Shown here: in pieces, positions 52,559-64,000 of the stretch
Layout: each line of letters opens with the position of its first letter
How positions within the stretch are numbered: position 1 is the stretch's first letter
The notes under the pieces: generated by a model
Told to the model about the DNA's origin: nothing
Databases searched by the model: none
Seen by the model: the letters and a program-made list of their open reading frames with translations, nothing else
NCBI GenBank assembly: GCA_963693365.1
Contig: CAVNZM010000014.1
Span: 5,084,001-5,148,000, forward strand
Length of the DNA: 64,000 bases
From: Amoebidium appalachense
Lineage: Eukaryota; Protista; Ichthyosporea
Direction of reading: 5' to 3'
Position numbers and translations under genes: made by a program

Positions 52559-53695
52559 CTACGCATTTAGGGGGCGGAAGTTGGAGGTCACATCTGGTGA
52601 TGGAACAAAAGTATAAATGTTGTAAGACACTTCCTTAGCACCGGAGCTGAAATCCAATGCGGTCATATTGATGTATTGCCACACAAAGCTGTTATAGCTG
52701 CGAAGGCAGACACCCATGTTCTTTGTGTCGTATAGAACACTGAAAAGAGAGACATCTCCCTCATACTTAAACGAAACCTCTCCGTCCTTCATTGTCGGGG
52801 GGGCTATCGACGTTCCGTTGATCTGGTCACCGACGTTTATCATATGTGCCATAAGGTTTATTCCTTTTTCTGCCGTGGGAATGAGGCTTTTGTCCTGTGC
52901 AAAATGAAGGAACACTGCGTATTTAACGAAACGGCTCCCGCCCTGCACGTTACCGGGAAGACCCACCATAGAACCCCAGTTTCCGGCTGGACCAAACGTA
53001 ATCCCCCCGTAATTAACGGGCTCTGGGTTGGTAGGACGCATGGTGGGTGCATAATTCGCGAGGTTTGTCATCTGCCAGTCGTAGGGCGGAGAGTTGGTCA
53101 TAACGCCGACAAAGTTCTTGTAGATGTCAAGCTTGCCCCCCTTTGTGTACTCGATGACTATCCCCTCTCCGCTTCTGTCCGTCACAGCGTAATGAAGAGG
53201 AACGATACCCATATTCGGAACAATCATCCCCTCAACAACCATATTAGGGAGAGTGTCGTTGACCTCTGCAACCGTTGCGTGCAAGCCGAGAATCCAATCG
53301 CAGAGGTAGCCTTGTGTCAGCGTCACGTTTTTCTGTTCGGGAGTTCCCTTTTGATATGATGCGTAGTCGGGGAAGTAGAGGGCAGCACACTGAAGACCCT
53401 CTATGTTCATTCCGTCAATAGATGCGTCCATGTAAAGGGCCTCCGCACCCATGTAGCCGTAGTTCACTTTCCATTTTGCACCGGGGGTTCCGTCGGCACG
53501 AGGGGATTGGAAAATCTTGCCCTTGGGGTGGGTGCGAAACCTGTTCGGAAACCTGGACTCGCGGGCACTAAACTGCGTATCTCTTCCCACAACGGCGGTT
53601 CCATCTCCAGTAACCGTTTTGACGTAGTTACAGGCGAGAGACTCGCGTGTAATCGTAAGGGAAAAGGCGAGCTGGAACAGAAGAATTGGTTTCAT
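52559..53695 (-). CDS. Secreted choloylglycine hydrolase / penicillin V acylase family Ntn-hydrolase, copy 1
   Basis: Intronless. Signal peptide MKPILLFQLAFSLTITRESLA, then N-terminal nucleophile Cys (CNY). Motifs GR, DGMNxEGL, LYFP, PLHY..TD..G..IVIEY, VMTNSPPYDW, GLPG....SRF. Confidence 0.93.
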   Translation of the reverse strand: MKPILLFQLAFSLTITRESLACNYVKTVTGDGTAVVGRDTQFSARESRFPNRFRTHPKGKIFQSPRADGTPGAKWKVNYGYMGAEALYMDASIDGMNIEGLQCAALYFPDYASYQKGTPEQKNVTLTQGYLCDWILGLHATVAEVNDTLPNMVVEGMIVPNMGIVPLHYAVTDRSGEGIVIEYTKGGKLDIYKNFVGVMTNSPPYDWQMTNLANYAPTMRPTNPEPVNYGGITFGPAGNWGSMVGLPGNVQGGSRFVKYAVFLHFAQDKSLIPTAEKGINLMAHMINVGDQINGTSIAPPTMKDGEVSFKYEGDVSLFSVLYDTKNMGVCLRSYNSFVWQYINMTALDFSSGAKEVSYNIYTFVPSPDVTSNFRPLNA

Positions 53696-53804
53696 TTTGC
53701 CTGTGTGACACAAAATCGGCACATTACACTCTTTGTGTGCCTGATGGGTTTCAATTGTCTGAAGCGCTTTGTACATGTGTTGTTATGGAGCCTCGCTCAA
53801 CCGG

Positions 53805-53965
53805 TTTATATAGTCGAGAAGCCCGGGTTTAAAAATAGGGTTGTTTGTTGTGGCTCACGTTTGCGCCAATCAACAGACTTCATCCCCATGTTATCGAATC
53901 AAAATGCTTAATGCTTATCGTATTCCGATTGGTTTTCCACGCACTCGTAAACCGATTCCTATTGG
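53805..53965 (-). promoter_or_regulatory. TATA box and CCAAT boxes upstream of hydrolase copy 1
   Basis: TATATAAA (minus strand, 53812-53805), CCAAT at 53866 and ATTGG at 53961. All are retained in the copy-2 upstream region. Confidence 0.65.
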
Positions 53966-54319
53966 TGTGTTTCAACCAAAGCCGATCCCCCTACACTCTT
54001 AGTTGTTGGGCGAGTCCTATGTATCACACAAAGAGTTATTTCTTATTTTCCGATTTTGGAATTTAGGCAAAGTAAAATTCTGTTACAGGCATACGACTGC
54101 ACGTGGTAATACACATAGTAAAAATCGATAAATCTTTGTTTCGCAAGGGGTTTCAGGTATAACAAACGAGGTTCCAGTTTCCATAGTTACTAGCTACACG
54201 TATGGAAAAGGCATCTTAAATTCTTGGGAGTGGTTACACAGTAATACACACATACGACCAACCCCACAAAGGGTAGTTGCGAGGGAACCTAGGAGACTGA
54301 GAAAAAGCAGAAAAAGCAT

Positions 54320-54518
54320 TTGTTTCCATGTTTACCATCAACATTTGTTGAACATTCCCCTGAAGGCAACACAGCCCGTTTATTGAACACAAGCGCCGAG
54401 TATGGGAGTATACTCACGCGCAACTTTATGGTGTACACACAGAGGGGCGCTGCAGTGTACCCAGACCCTGGGCTGAATGGTTGTTTCTCAGGAATATTTG
54501 CTTGGGTCTTTCGAATGC
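54320..54518 (+). other. Exon-like segment, copy 1, unknown product
   Basis: Open frame VEHSPEGNTARLLNTSAEYGSILTRNFMVYTQRGAAV ending at a GTAAGG donor; paralogous to 62386-62555. Confidence 0.4.
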
Positions 54519-54561
54519 GTAAGGCATTCCCCCCCCCCCGCCACACACACACACACACACA

Positions 54562-54636
<75 letters not shown>

Positions 54637-54662
54637 CTCTCTCTCTCTCCCCCCCCCCCCCC

Positions 54663-54697
<35 letters not shown>

Positions 54698-55460
54698 CCC
54701 ATCTCTCCTCTCCCCCCACCGCCCTCTCTCCCCCTCCCCCTTCACCCCCTCATCCACTCCTCCTTCACTCTTTTACTCATCTTGCTTCCCCTGTGGATTC
54801 AACCCGTTAGGATGCGTGCAGGTGTTCATGCCTGTGGGTTTTTTGTGTGTTTTTACGAGCGTATTACTGTGTGAGGCATGTGTTTTTGTGTCCGGGGTGT
54901 GAACGTGTGTGGGCAAGTACGCTAACATGCCCACCATCTTTGTGATCCTACATTCTCCTTTCTTTTATCACCCTCTTTTCCCCCTGCGGCTCCCCTTTCC
55001 CCTTTGCCTCCCCCTTAACTCCCCACCTCACCACTTCCCCCCTCCATAACCCCCCCCCCCTCCCCGCCAACTCCTCGCCTCTCTCCCCCTGCCCTGCCCC
55101 TCCCCCTGCCCCCTGTTCACCCCCCTCCAGCCCCTGCCTCTCCCCCTCCTTCTCGTGCTCTCTCTTCCTCTTCCTACCTGTAATTTTTATTCACAAGCAG
55201 GGGCATCCACATTCATGTATTCCGGGTGGGCCCGGTATATCTGCCTTGCCGTGACTTATTTTTCTGTGTGGGAGATAACCAGACCACTAACATAATTTAA
55301 AAGATCCTTCCTCGTTTTTGGTAATAAGTCAGGCTCGCCTGCATCGCTCTCCCTCTCCCTCTCTCTCTCTCATTCTCTCTCTCTTCCTCTCTCGTTCTCT
55401 CTCTCTTTCTTGCTCGTGTTCTTTTTCTCTCCCTCTCTCTCCCTCTCTCTCCCTCTCCCT

Positions 55461-55636
<176 letters not shown>

Positions 55637-56214
55637 CCCACCCCCTCCCCCTGCCCCCCTCTCCCTCTCTCTCACTTTCGATGTCCCTCCTCTCCTCCCT
55701 CCCCAACACCCGGTGCACCTCCCTCCCTCCCTCCTCCCTCCATCGCTCCCTGCCTCCCCTCTGTTCCCCACGTTCCGCTTTCACTCTGTCCCCTCCCCCC
55801 CTCCCCCCTCCCCCCCTGGCCACCCCATCACCTCCCCACCTCTCTCCCACCCTCTCGTCGTACAGCCCTTCCCTCCCCCCTCTCCCTCCCTCCCTCCCTC
55901 CACCCCCCTTGCTCTTCCACCTACCCCTCCGTCCTCTCCCACCTGTGTCCCGCCCTTTCCTTCTGAGGATGTTCCATGAATGTCTTTCTGTACACGTATG
56001 TATTATACCCTTAAATACCCCACCTACCAACCCACTTTAGGGATCAACATGGACAAGTCAACGCTTGCTGACAATGTGGTGCCAAACAGGTACGAGGTGT
56101 TTTCGCCGGACGTTCTCAATTAGGCGGATTTTTCTCTTTGCCGTTTCAACTCTCCCTCCCCTCCTTCTCTACCTTTCTCTCTCCCTCTTGTCCTCCTCTA
56201 CCTCTCTCCCTTCC

Positions 56215-56508
56215 TCTCCTCCCGCCAACTCCCTTCCCCTCGCCATGGCTCTTCCTCTGTCTCTTTGTCTCAGTCTTTGTTTCTTTCTCTCTGCTGCTCA
56301 CCCTCTGTCTCCTCCATCTCCCCCCCCCCCCCCCCCCCCCCTCCCCCCCCCCCCCCCCCCCCCCCACACCAAAAAAAAGAAAGAAATTTTTGTTCCTGCT
56401 GTTCATCCTCCTTCGCCCCACCCATCCCCTCCACTCCGCATGCCCCCCCCCCCCCCCCCCACCTTTCCCCTCGGTTTTTCCTTTTTTTCTTCCCCTGTGT
56501 ACCCCCTT

Positions 56509-56539
<31 letters not shown>

Positions 56540-56655
56540 TTCTCCTTGTACTTGCTTATCTTCCCGTAATCCACTATGGTGCTTTAAGACAAAAGGTTAT
56601 CCTTTGTTTCTATTGTCCAAATTGAAGATTGGTTACCGATCCGGGAGGGGAAGAA

Positions 56656-56711
<56 letters not shown>

Positions 56712-56964
56712 GGATGAGGGCGCAGTCAGTGCAAGCAGAGCTGTTGGTACTAGATGGAAGGATAGATTTGGGTGGTGAGCAGGGGGAGAAGGGGGATGGC
56801 ATATGGGAAGGAGTGGGAGGGAAGTGGAAGAGAGGTCTATTTTTCTCCATCCTGAAGATTGCTCGCATTTGGAGGCAATAAATAATGCACTGTGGCTTTT
56901 TTTGGGATCCTCCCCCCTCCCCCCTCCCTCCCATCGCCCCTCCCCCCTCCCTCCCATTGCCCCT

Positions 56965-56995
<31 letters not shown>

Positions 56996-57321
56996 CCTCT
57001 ACACAGACACACACCACCACCCCTACCACCACCACCACAAGCACTAAAGACACAAGTACCCCCCTCCCTCCCTCCCCCCCCCCCCCCCTCCCCCCCTCAC
57101 CCCTACCTCCCTCCCTTGCCTACACATGCAAGAAAGCGAGTGCACACACACACACATGCGCTTCTTTTCGTAAATGATGGGCAACAAATACATAATGCTG
57201 GCTTCTTCAGACTAAAAATAAAATAAGAACAAAAAAAATAAAAAGGTAAAAAGCACCACCATCATCACCTGTCTGTTCTACGCAAGCAAACCGTTCTCGA
57301 TGAATCTCACTTCCATCACTT

Positions 57322-57353
<32 letters not shown>

Positions 57354-57624
57354 CCCCACCTCCCCTCCAACCCCCACTCCTACCCGTACCGCACACAACA
57401 AAATAAAAAGGCCTGCATGTTGTGCTCTCCGTCGTGAATGTGTACTTTGCACTCTGTAACACAAATAAACCCCCTCCACCCTCCCCCTTACCCCCCCCCC
57501 CCCCCTCCCCCCTCCCTCCCCCCGTCATCACCTGTGGAAAGGAGGTGTGGGTGGTCCTTCCACCCCGTTCCACCTGTTTCCGCAGAGGAAATGGTGGACA
57601 CTGTAGGCGTGGGAGATGCATTTG
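56215..57624 (+). pseudogene. Decayed duplicate of the ADK intron 1 and part of exon 2
   Basis: 57548-57624 encodes WSFHPVPPVSAEEMVDTVGVGDAFV (cf. 50107-50181). Upstream intron blocks match 48520-49740. Exon 1 and the rest of exon 2 are missing. Confidence 0.85.
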
Positions 57625-57816
57625 TCTGTGTGTGTGGATGGGGGATTTACGCATGTGATTGGACGGAAGTGCAGGTGCACAGCATGACTCCCTGTTGCTA
57701 ATAATGGCCAGCAGGGGATCAGTGAAAGTAGGATCACGGGTACTTTGGAAATCGGGTCTGTTCATTTTTGTTTTTCGTGGGCCATAGGCCTCATATTCTT
57801 CAAGTTTCCCCATCGG

Positions 57817-57858
<42 letters not shown>

Positions 57859-57863
57859 TTGTG

Positions 57864-57895
<32 letters not shown>

Positions 57896-57953
57896 TGTGT
57901 GTGTGTGTCTGTTGGTTTGTGTGTGGGGGAGGAGGAGGGGGGGGGGGTTGAAA

Positions 57954-58240
57954 TGTCACCCATGGTCAGCTACACTAGGGTAAACTAATTAGCTTATTTT
58001 CGATGGAAAATATAGCTCTATTTATTTTATGATTATGAAATTTGGGAACTGCATGCACTTAGTAAGTGAGAAACATATAAGTTTACAAATTAATATTTGT
58101 CACCCATGGTCAGCTACACTAGGTTAAACTAATTAGCTTATTTTCGAGGGAAAATATAGCTCTATTTATTTTATGATTATGAAATTTGGGAACTGCATGC
58201 ACTTATAAGTGAGAAACATATTAGTTTACAAATTGATATT
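57954..58240. repeat. Near-perfect tandem duplication, 2 x ~144 bp, AT-rich
   Basis: TGTCACCCATGGTCAGCTACACTAGG...GTTTACAAATT.ATATT at 57954 and 58098, with only a handful of differences. Confidence 0.95.
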
Positions 58241-59029
58241 ATCTTGATTTCAGTCACCCGCTGTATGCCCATGGTCATGCCCGGTTAGCCAGCAATGTCG
58301 AACTCAGTATTCTGGTACCGGTGGAGTCAGTGAGTGAGATGTGTGGAATCTCGAAAATGCCCTCCCCCTCCCTATGGCACGTGATATCATTATGGGGTTA
58401 ACCCTTTTCACCGACTCGAGCCTCAAGAGAGACCATTCTCAGGTATTGGTGGGGGGGTGGGGGAGGGGGGTGGGGTGGGGGGAGGGGGGGGGGGGGTGGT
58501 GAAGGGGGTTTATTTGCTTGGTATATCCTCTCCGCGTTCTCATACCAGGTACATCATAGATGACGGGTGGTGTGTTATATATCAGGGTTTTTAAATACTT
58601 AGTGAAACATCAGATCAGAGTCTAAGAAGAAACTTAATTATTTGGGTTCGCCGGTGTTTTTTTCCGGCGCTAATACACTTTTACTCCAACTACTGTAACA
58701 CACTTAGCCCAGGGGATTTGCCCCAGCCTCGCGATTGGGGAGCACCAGGCATCTCACCGAGCAAAAACGTACCAATAAAATTTAAACACGGACGCTCATT
58801 GGTTCAACTACGATGGGGCAAGATTTGTAGCTGTGCTTAAGTGGCAAAAATGCTTGGCAAAGGCATGGTGATACTTAAGGCGATATGGGTGCTCGTGTGT
58901 TTAATTTTGTTCGGCTGTGTTTGTTTATCAATACCAGTTCTGATTTATCGTTTTCATGTTGAACCGTTAACCCTTCTGAAGCGCACCACCTGCACACATG
59001 TGCACACACACACACACACATACCATTGC

Positions 59030-59960
<931 letters not shown>

Positions 59961-60416
59961 GTTTTATGCAATGGCATTTGGAGCTACAGCATAAGGGATG
60001 GTTTAGATTTGGTAGTATCTGCATGGATACGTATGACCTGAGGCTCGTAGTCTGCCCAATGTTTTTATTTAATTTTTTTTTCACAAAAGTTTACTGCTCA
60101 AATGTGCTTGGCTTAAGCGTAGCAATCTAGAAAACAAAAAAAAACCTATTCTTCCCTCATACAGAGGGCAAAAGACACAATCGAACAACCGTTTTGCGTT
60201 TTACCAGTACGCATGCAATGAAAAACTTAAGCACATATTTACATTAATATTCAATCGAGTCAAGCTCTTGCGCCGGAATATGGCTTTTTTATAGTTACAG
60301 AGATGTGTTAGGACGCTGTATACACACGGTGTCACACAAAAGTTTCTGAGCTGAGGCCATGTATAAACGACCAAAGGAATTCAAAACTTGGTTTTGTAGT
60401 GAGGCGCCCCCCACTG

Positions 60417-61553
60417 CTACTTATTCAGTGGGCGAAAGTTAGAGGTCACATCTGGTGACGGAACAAAAGTATATATGTTGTAAGACACTTCCTGAGCACC
60501 GGCACTGAAATCCATTGCGGTCATATTGATATATTGCCACACAAAGCTGTTATAGCTGCGAAGGTAGACACCCATGTTCTTCGTGTCGTATACAACACTG
60601 AATAGGGAGGCATCACCCTCATACTTAAACGAAACCTCTCCGTCCTTCATTTTCGGGGGAGCTATCGCCGTACCGTTGATCTGGTCACCGACGTTTATCA
60701 GATGCGCCATAAGGTTAATCCCTTTTTCCGCCGTGGGAATAAGGCTTTTGTCCTGTGCAAAATGAAGAAACACAGCCAAGTGAACGAAACGGCTCCCGCC
60801 CTGCACGTTACCGGGAAGACCCACCATAGAACCCCAGTTGCCGGCTGGAGCAAACATGGCCCCGCCGTAATTTACGGGCTCTGGGTTGGTAGGAAGCATA
60901 GTGGGTGCATAATTCGCGAGGTTTGTCATATGCCAGTCGTACGGCGGAGCGTTGGTCATAACACCGACAAAGTTCTTGTAGATGTCAAGCTTTCCCCCCT
61001 TTGTGTACTCGATGACTATCCCCTCCCCGTTTCTGTCCGTCACAGCGTAGTGAAGAGGAATCATACCAAGATCCGGAACAGTAATCCCCTCGACAACCAT
61101 ATTAGGGAGAGTGTCGTTGACCTCTGCAACTGCAGCGTGCAAGCCGAGAATCCAGTCGCAGAGGTATGGTTGTACGAGCGTCACGTTCTTCTGCTCAGGA
61201 GTTCCCTTTTGATATGATGCGTAGTCGGGGAAGTAGAGGGCAGCACACTGAAGACCCTCGGTGTTCATTCCGTCAATAGATGCGTCCATGTACAGGGCCT
61301 CTGCGCCGATGTAGCCGTATTTCACTTTCCATTTTGCACCGGGGGTTCCGTCAGCACGAGGGGATCGGAAAATTTTGTCCTTGGAGTGGGTACGGAACTT
61401 GAAGGGAAACTTGGACTCGGGGACGGCAAACTGCATATCTCTTCCCACAACGGCCGTTCCGTCTCCAGCGACCGTTTTGACGTAGTTGCAGGCGAGAGAT
61501 TCATGAGTGATCGCAAGGGAAAAGGCGAGCTGGAACAGCAGAGTCGGCTTCAT
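60417..61553 (-). CDS. Secreted choloylglycine hydrolase / penicillin V acylase family Ntn-hydrolase, copy 2
   Basis: Intact intronless paralog of 52559-53695, colinear and the same length. Signal peptide MKPTLLFQLAFSLAITHESLA|CNY. Confidence 0.93.
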   Translation of the reverse strand: MKPTLLFQLAFSLAITHESLACNYVKTVAGDGTAVVGRDMQFAVPESKFPFKFRTHSKDKIFRSPRADGTPGAKWKVKYGYIGAEALYMDASIDGMNTEGLQCAALYFPDYASYQKGTPEQKNVTLVQPYLCDWILGLHAAVAEVNDTLPNMVVEGITVPDLGMIPLHYAVTDRNGEGIVIEYTKGGKLDIYKNFVGVMTNAPPYDWHMTNLANYAPTMLPTNPEPVNYGGAMFAPAGNWGSMVGLPGNVQGGSRFVHLAVFLHFAQDKSLIPTAEKGINLMAHLINVGDQINGTAIAPPKMKDGEVSFKYEGDASLFSVVYDTKNMGVYLRSYNSFVWQYINMTAMDFSAGAQEVSYNIYTFVPSPDVTSNFRPLNK

Positions 61554-61664
61554 TTTGCCTGTGTGACACAATCGGGGTGTTGCAAAGAGTGTGCCTGATG
61601 GGTTTTATGATTTGAAGCGCTGTGTGTGTGCCACTGTCTGGTATGGAGCCTTCCTGAACCGGCT

Positions 61665-61840
61665 TTTATATAACGGGAGGACCGCCGCCCGGGTTTAAAA
61701 ATAGGTTTGTTTGTTTTGGCTCATCATTTGCGCCAATCAACAGACTTCATCACCATGTTCTCCAATCAAAATGCATACATATCTATCAGTTCTGTTTTCT
61801 CCGAATGGTTTCCCACGCACCCGTAAACCTTTCCTATTGG
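61665..61840 (-). promoter_or_regulatory. TATA box and CCAAT boxes upstream of hydrolase copy 2
   Basis: TATATAAAA (minus strand) at 61672-61664, CCAAT at 61733 and ATTGG at 61836. Conserved with copy 1, including TTTGCGCCAATCAACAGACTTCATC. Confidence 0.65.
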
Positions 61841-62385
61841 TCAAGTTTCAACACATTGATCCCCCAAACTTGGGGCTTGTCGTGTGTGTGTAGTCTTTTC
61901 TTTGACTGGATTTATCCAACGGGAAGATATGCAAGTATGCACGGCATACTTAGGAGGCAATAAGAAACTTCACGAGTTATCCAGTAACAAGTGCATACTG
62001 AGATACCTGAACACTGTGTGAAAATCATAAAGATACTCAATGTGACGACCAACAGAATCCAAGAAAAAGTCTAAAGTGTTCACATTGCCAGCCAGTGTAG
62101 CAGACACCCGTAGGGAAAGAGGCAAAACGCGACATCAGAACTCACACCTATCAACATGCTTTTGATTAATATGTGTAGTCTTATTCACAGTAGTCTCGGG
62201 ATTTGACTCAGCAGCCTGGCAGACAATCCGATAATCGGAAATTCTCTGTATACATAGGGCTGGCCCCACAAATGTGAGTATTGGGGGATCAAGTTCATGA
62301 AAACTGTGCAACGACTCGCAAAAACATAGCCTCTATCAGCCTACATCAACATCGAGTAGGGAAAGAGAAAAAAAGATACTTACAA

Positions 62386-62555
62386 ATGGTCTCCATGTTT
62401 ACCATTGAACATTCCCCTGAAGGCAACATATTCCGTTTAGGGAACATTAGCACCGCAAATTTTATGGTTTACACACAGAGGGGCGCTGCAGTGACAAACG
62501 ACAACATGGATTCGACGGGTGTTTCGGGGGGTGTTTGCTTGAGTCTGTCGAATGG
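62386..62555 (+). other. Exon-like segment, copy 2
   Basis: MVSMFTIEHSPEGNIFRLGNISTANFMVYTQRGAAV followed by a GTAAGG donor; paralogous to 54320-54518. Confidence 0.4.
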
Positions 62556-62582
62556 GTAAGGCTCCCTCTCTCATCTCTGTCC

Positions 62583-62625
<43 letters not shown>

Positions 62626-62975
62626 TCCTCCCTCCCCTCACTCCTCCCCGCTTCACTCATCTCCGCACCTTGCTTCGCCATGTCTGTGGGCTTGTGTGCT
62701 TGTGCACGAGCATATTACCGCGTGATGCGTGCGTTTTTGCGCATTGCGATTGGTTTGTGCGTGTGTGTTGGCAAGCACGCGTGCATGCGGGCCATCTTTG
62801 TGGTTTCTTTCTCTTTCTCTCTCTCCATCTCTCTCTTTCCTCCCTCCCGCCCCCCTCCCCCCCCCCTCCTTCCCCCTCCCCCATCTCTTCCCCCTCCTCC
62901 CTCACCTTTCTCTTTCTTACCTCCCCTCCCATTCCGCCCCCATTTCTCTTCCCCCCACCCCTCCCCCGACCCCAG

Positions 62976-63008
<33 letters not shown>

Positions 63009-63399
63009 TCCCTCCCCCCTCTCTTTTCCCCTCCCCTTCCCCGTTTCCCTCCCTCCCTCCCTCCCTCCCTCCCTCCCTCCCCCTCTCTCCCCCCCCCCCC
63101 CCTCCCCCCTCCTCTCCCCCTCTCTCCCTTGCTCTTCCTCTCTCCCTCTCCCATTCTCCCTCTCCCTCTCTTTCTCTCCCTGTCCCTCTTCCTCTACCTC
63201 CCTCTCTTCCTCTCCCTCTCCCTCTCCCTCCTCTCCCTCTCTCTTTCACTCCCTCTCCCTCACTCCCTCTCTCTCTCTCTCTCTCTCTCTCCCTCCTCTC
63301 TCTCCCTCTCTCTCTCTCTCCCTCCTTCCTCCCTCCCTCCCTCACTTCCTCCCTCCCTCCCTCCCTCTCTTCTTCCCTCCTTCCCCCCCCCCCCCCCCC

Positions 63400-63450
<51 letters not shown>

Positions 63451-63455
<5 letters not shown>

Positions 63456-63687
63456 CCGCAAAAAGCGGAACTATTCTGCAAAAAGCAGAATTATTCTGCT
63501 TTTAGCAGAGTTATTATCATTCTGCTTTCGACAGCAGAATAATTCCGCTTATAGCAGAATAATTTTGCTTTGGCATATTGATTCTGCTTTTAGCAGATTG
63601 ATTCTGCTGTTCGCAGATTTATTCTGCTTTTCCGGAGTGATCCTGGTTTTAGCAGAATGATTCTGCTTTTTGCAGAATAATTCTGCT
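63451..63687. repeat. Tandem array of ~20 bp palindromic units
   Basis: About 11-12 units of ATTCTGC-N4/5-GCAGAAT. Confidence 0.9.
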
Positions 63688-63781
63688 CGGAGCAAGTTGA
63701 CATCGGCCGATGTGGTAGGCCCCCCCTCCTCCTCCCTCCCTCCCTCCCCCCCCCCCCCCCCCCCCTCCCCCCCCCCCCCCC

Positions 63782-63829
<48 letters not shown>

Positions 63830-64000
63830 AAAAAAAGGGGGGGGGGGGGGGGGGGAGGGGGATCTGGTGATGTTCTTATCGCGTGCTATGATATTGAAGG
63901 TAACGCACGAATATGTCTGTAAGCAGGTGCTACAGGTCCTCCTGTGGTTATGAATTTCATTTGAATTGTGTGCATGTATACATGCATGAAACGTGTTCTA

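Noticed and set aside
52844-53359. Antisense 171 aa ORFs inside both hydrolases (also 60702-61217)
   Set aside because: Shadow ORFs conserved only because the opposite-strand gene is duplicated.
53696-53776. Upstream ATG extension of hydrolase copy 1
   Set aside because: Not conserved in copy 2 and lies at about the expected transcription start; the conserved signal peptide begins at 53695.
63451-63687. CRISPR array or heat-shock element cluster
   Set aside because: No unique spacers. GAA-to-TTC spacing is 3 nt, not the 2 nt of canonical nGAAnnTTCn.

Overview
Intron-rich eukaryotic genomic DNA. The introns are packed with poly-C/poly-G runs and (CA)n/(CT)n microsatellites, so most entries in the ORF track are artefacts. 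Hand-splicing at GT-AG sites with phase checks gives these genes: an Ariadne/ARIH-type RBR E3 ligase (-, runs off the left edge); a ~13-exon atypical TK/TKL-like protein kinase with AT-hook and a DPR-rich disordered tail (+); an intronless ~8-TM orphan membrane protein (-); decayed or fragmentary exons at ~34.7-42 kb (-); an F-box/LRR gene (-) head-to-head with an adenosine-kinase/PfkB gene (+); and a ~8 kb tandem duplication carrying two intronless, signal-peptide-bearing, bacterial-type choloylglycine-hydrolase/penicillin-V-acylase genes (-). Best leads: (1) a three-copy intronic repeat, always in the host gene's sense orientation, with a covarying multi-stem RNA fold; (2) a duplicated, frame-compatible catalytic-loop exon and a second partial exon duplicate in the kinase; (3) the duplicated, probably horizontally acquired hydrolases, which diverge mainly in putative substrate loops; (4) G-block/C-block intron architecture. 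A unicellular opisthokont source is a guess only. All gene models were spliced by eye and no searches were run.
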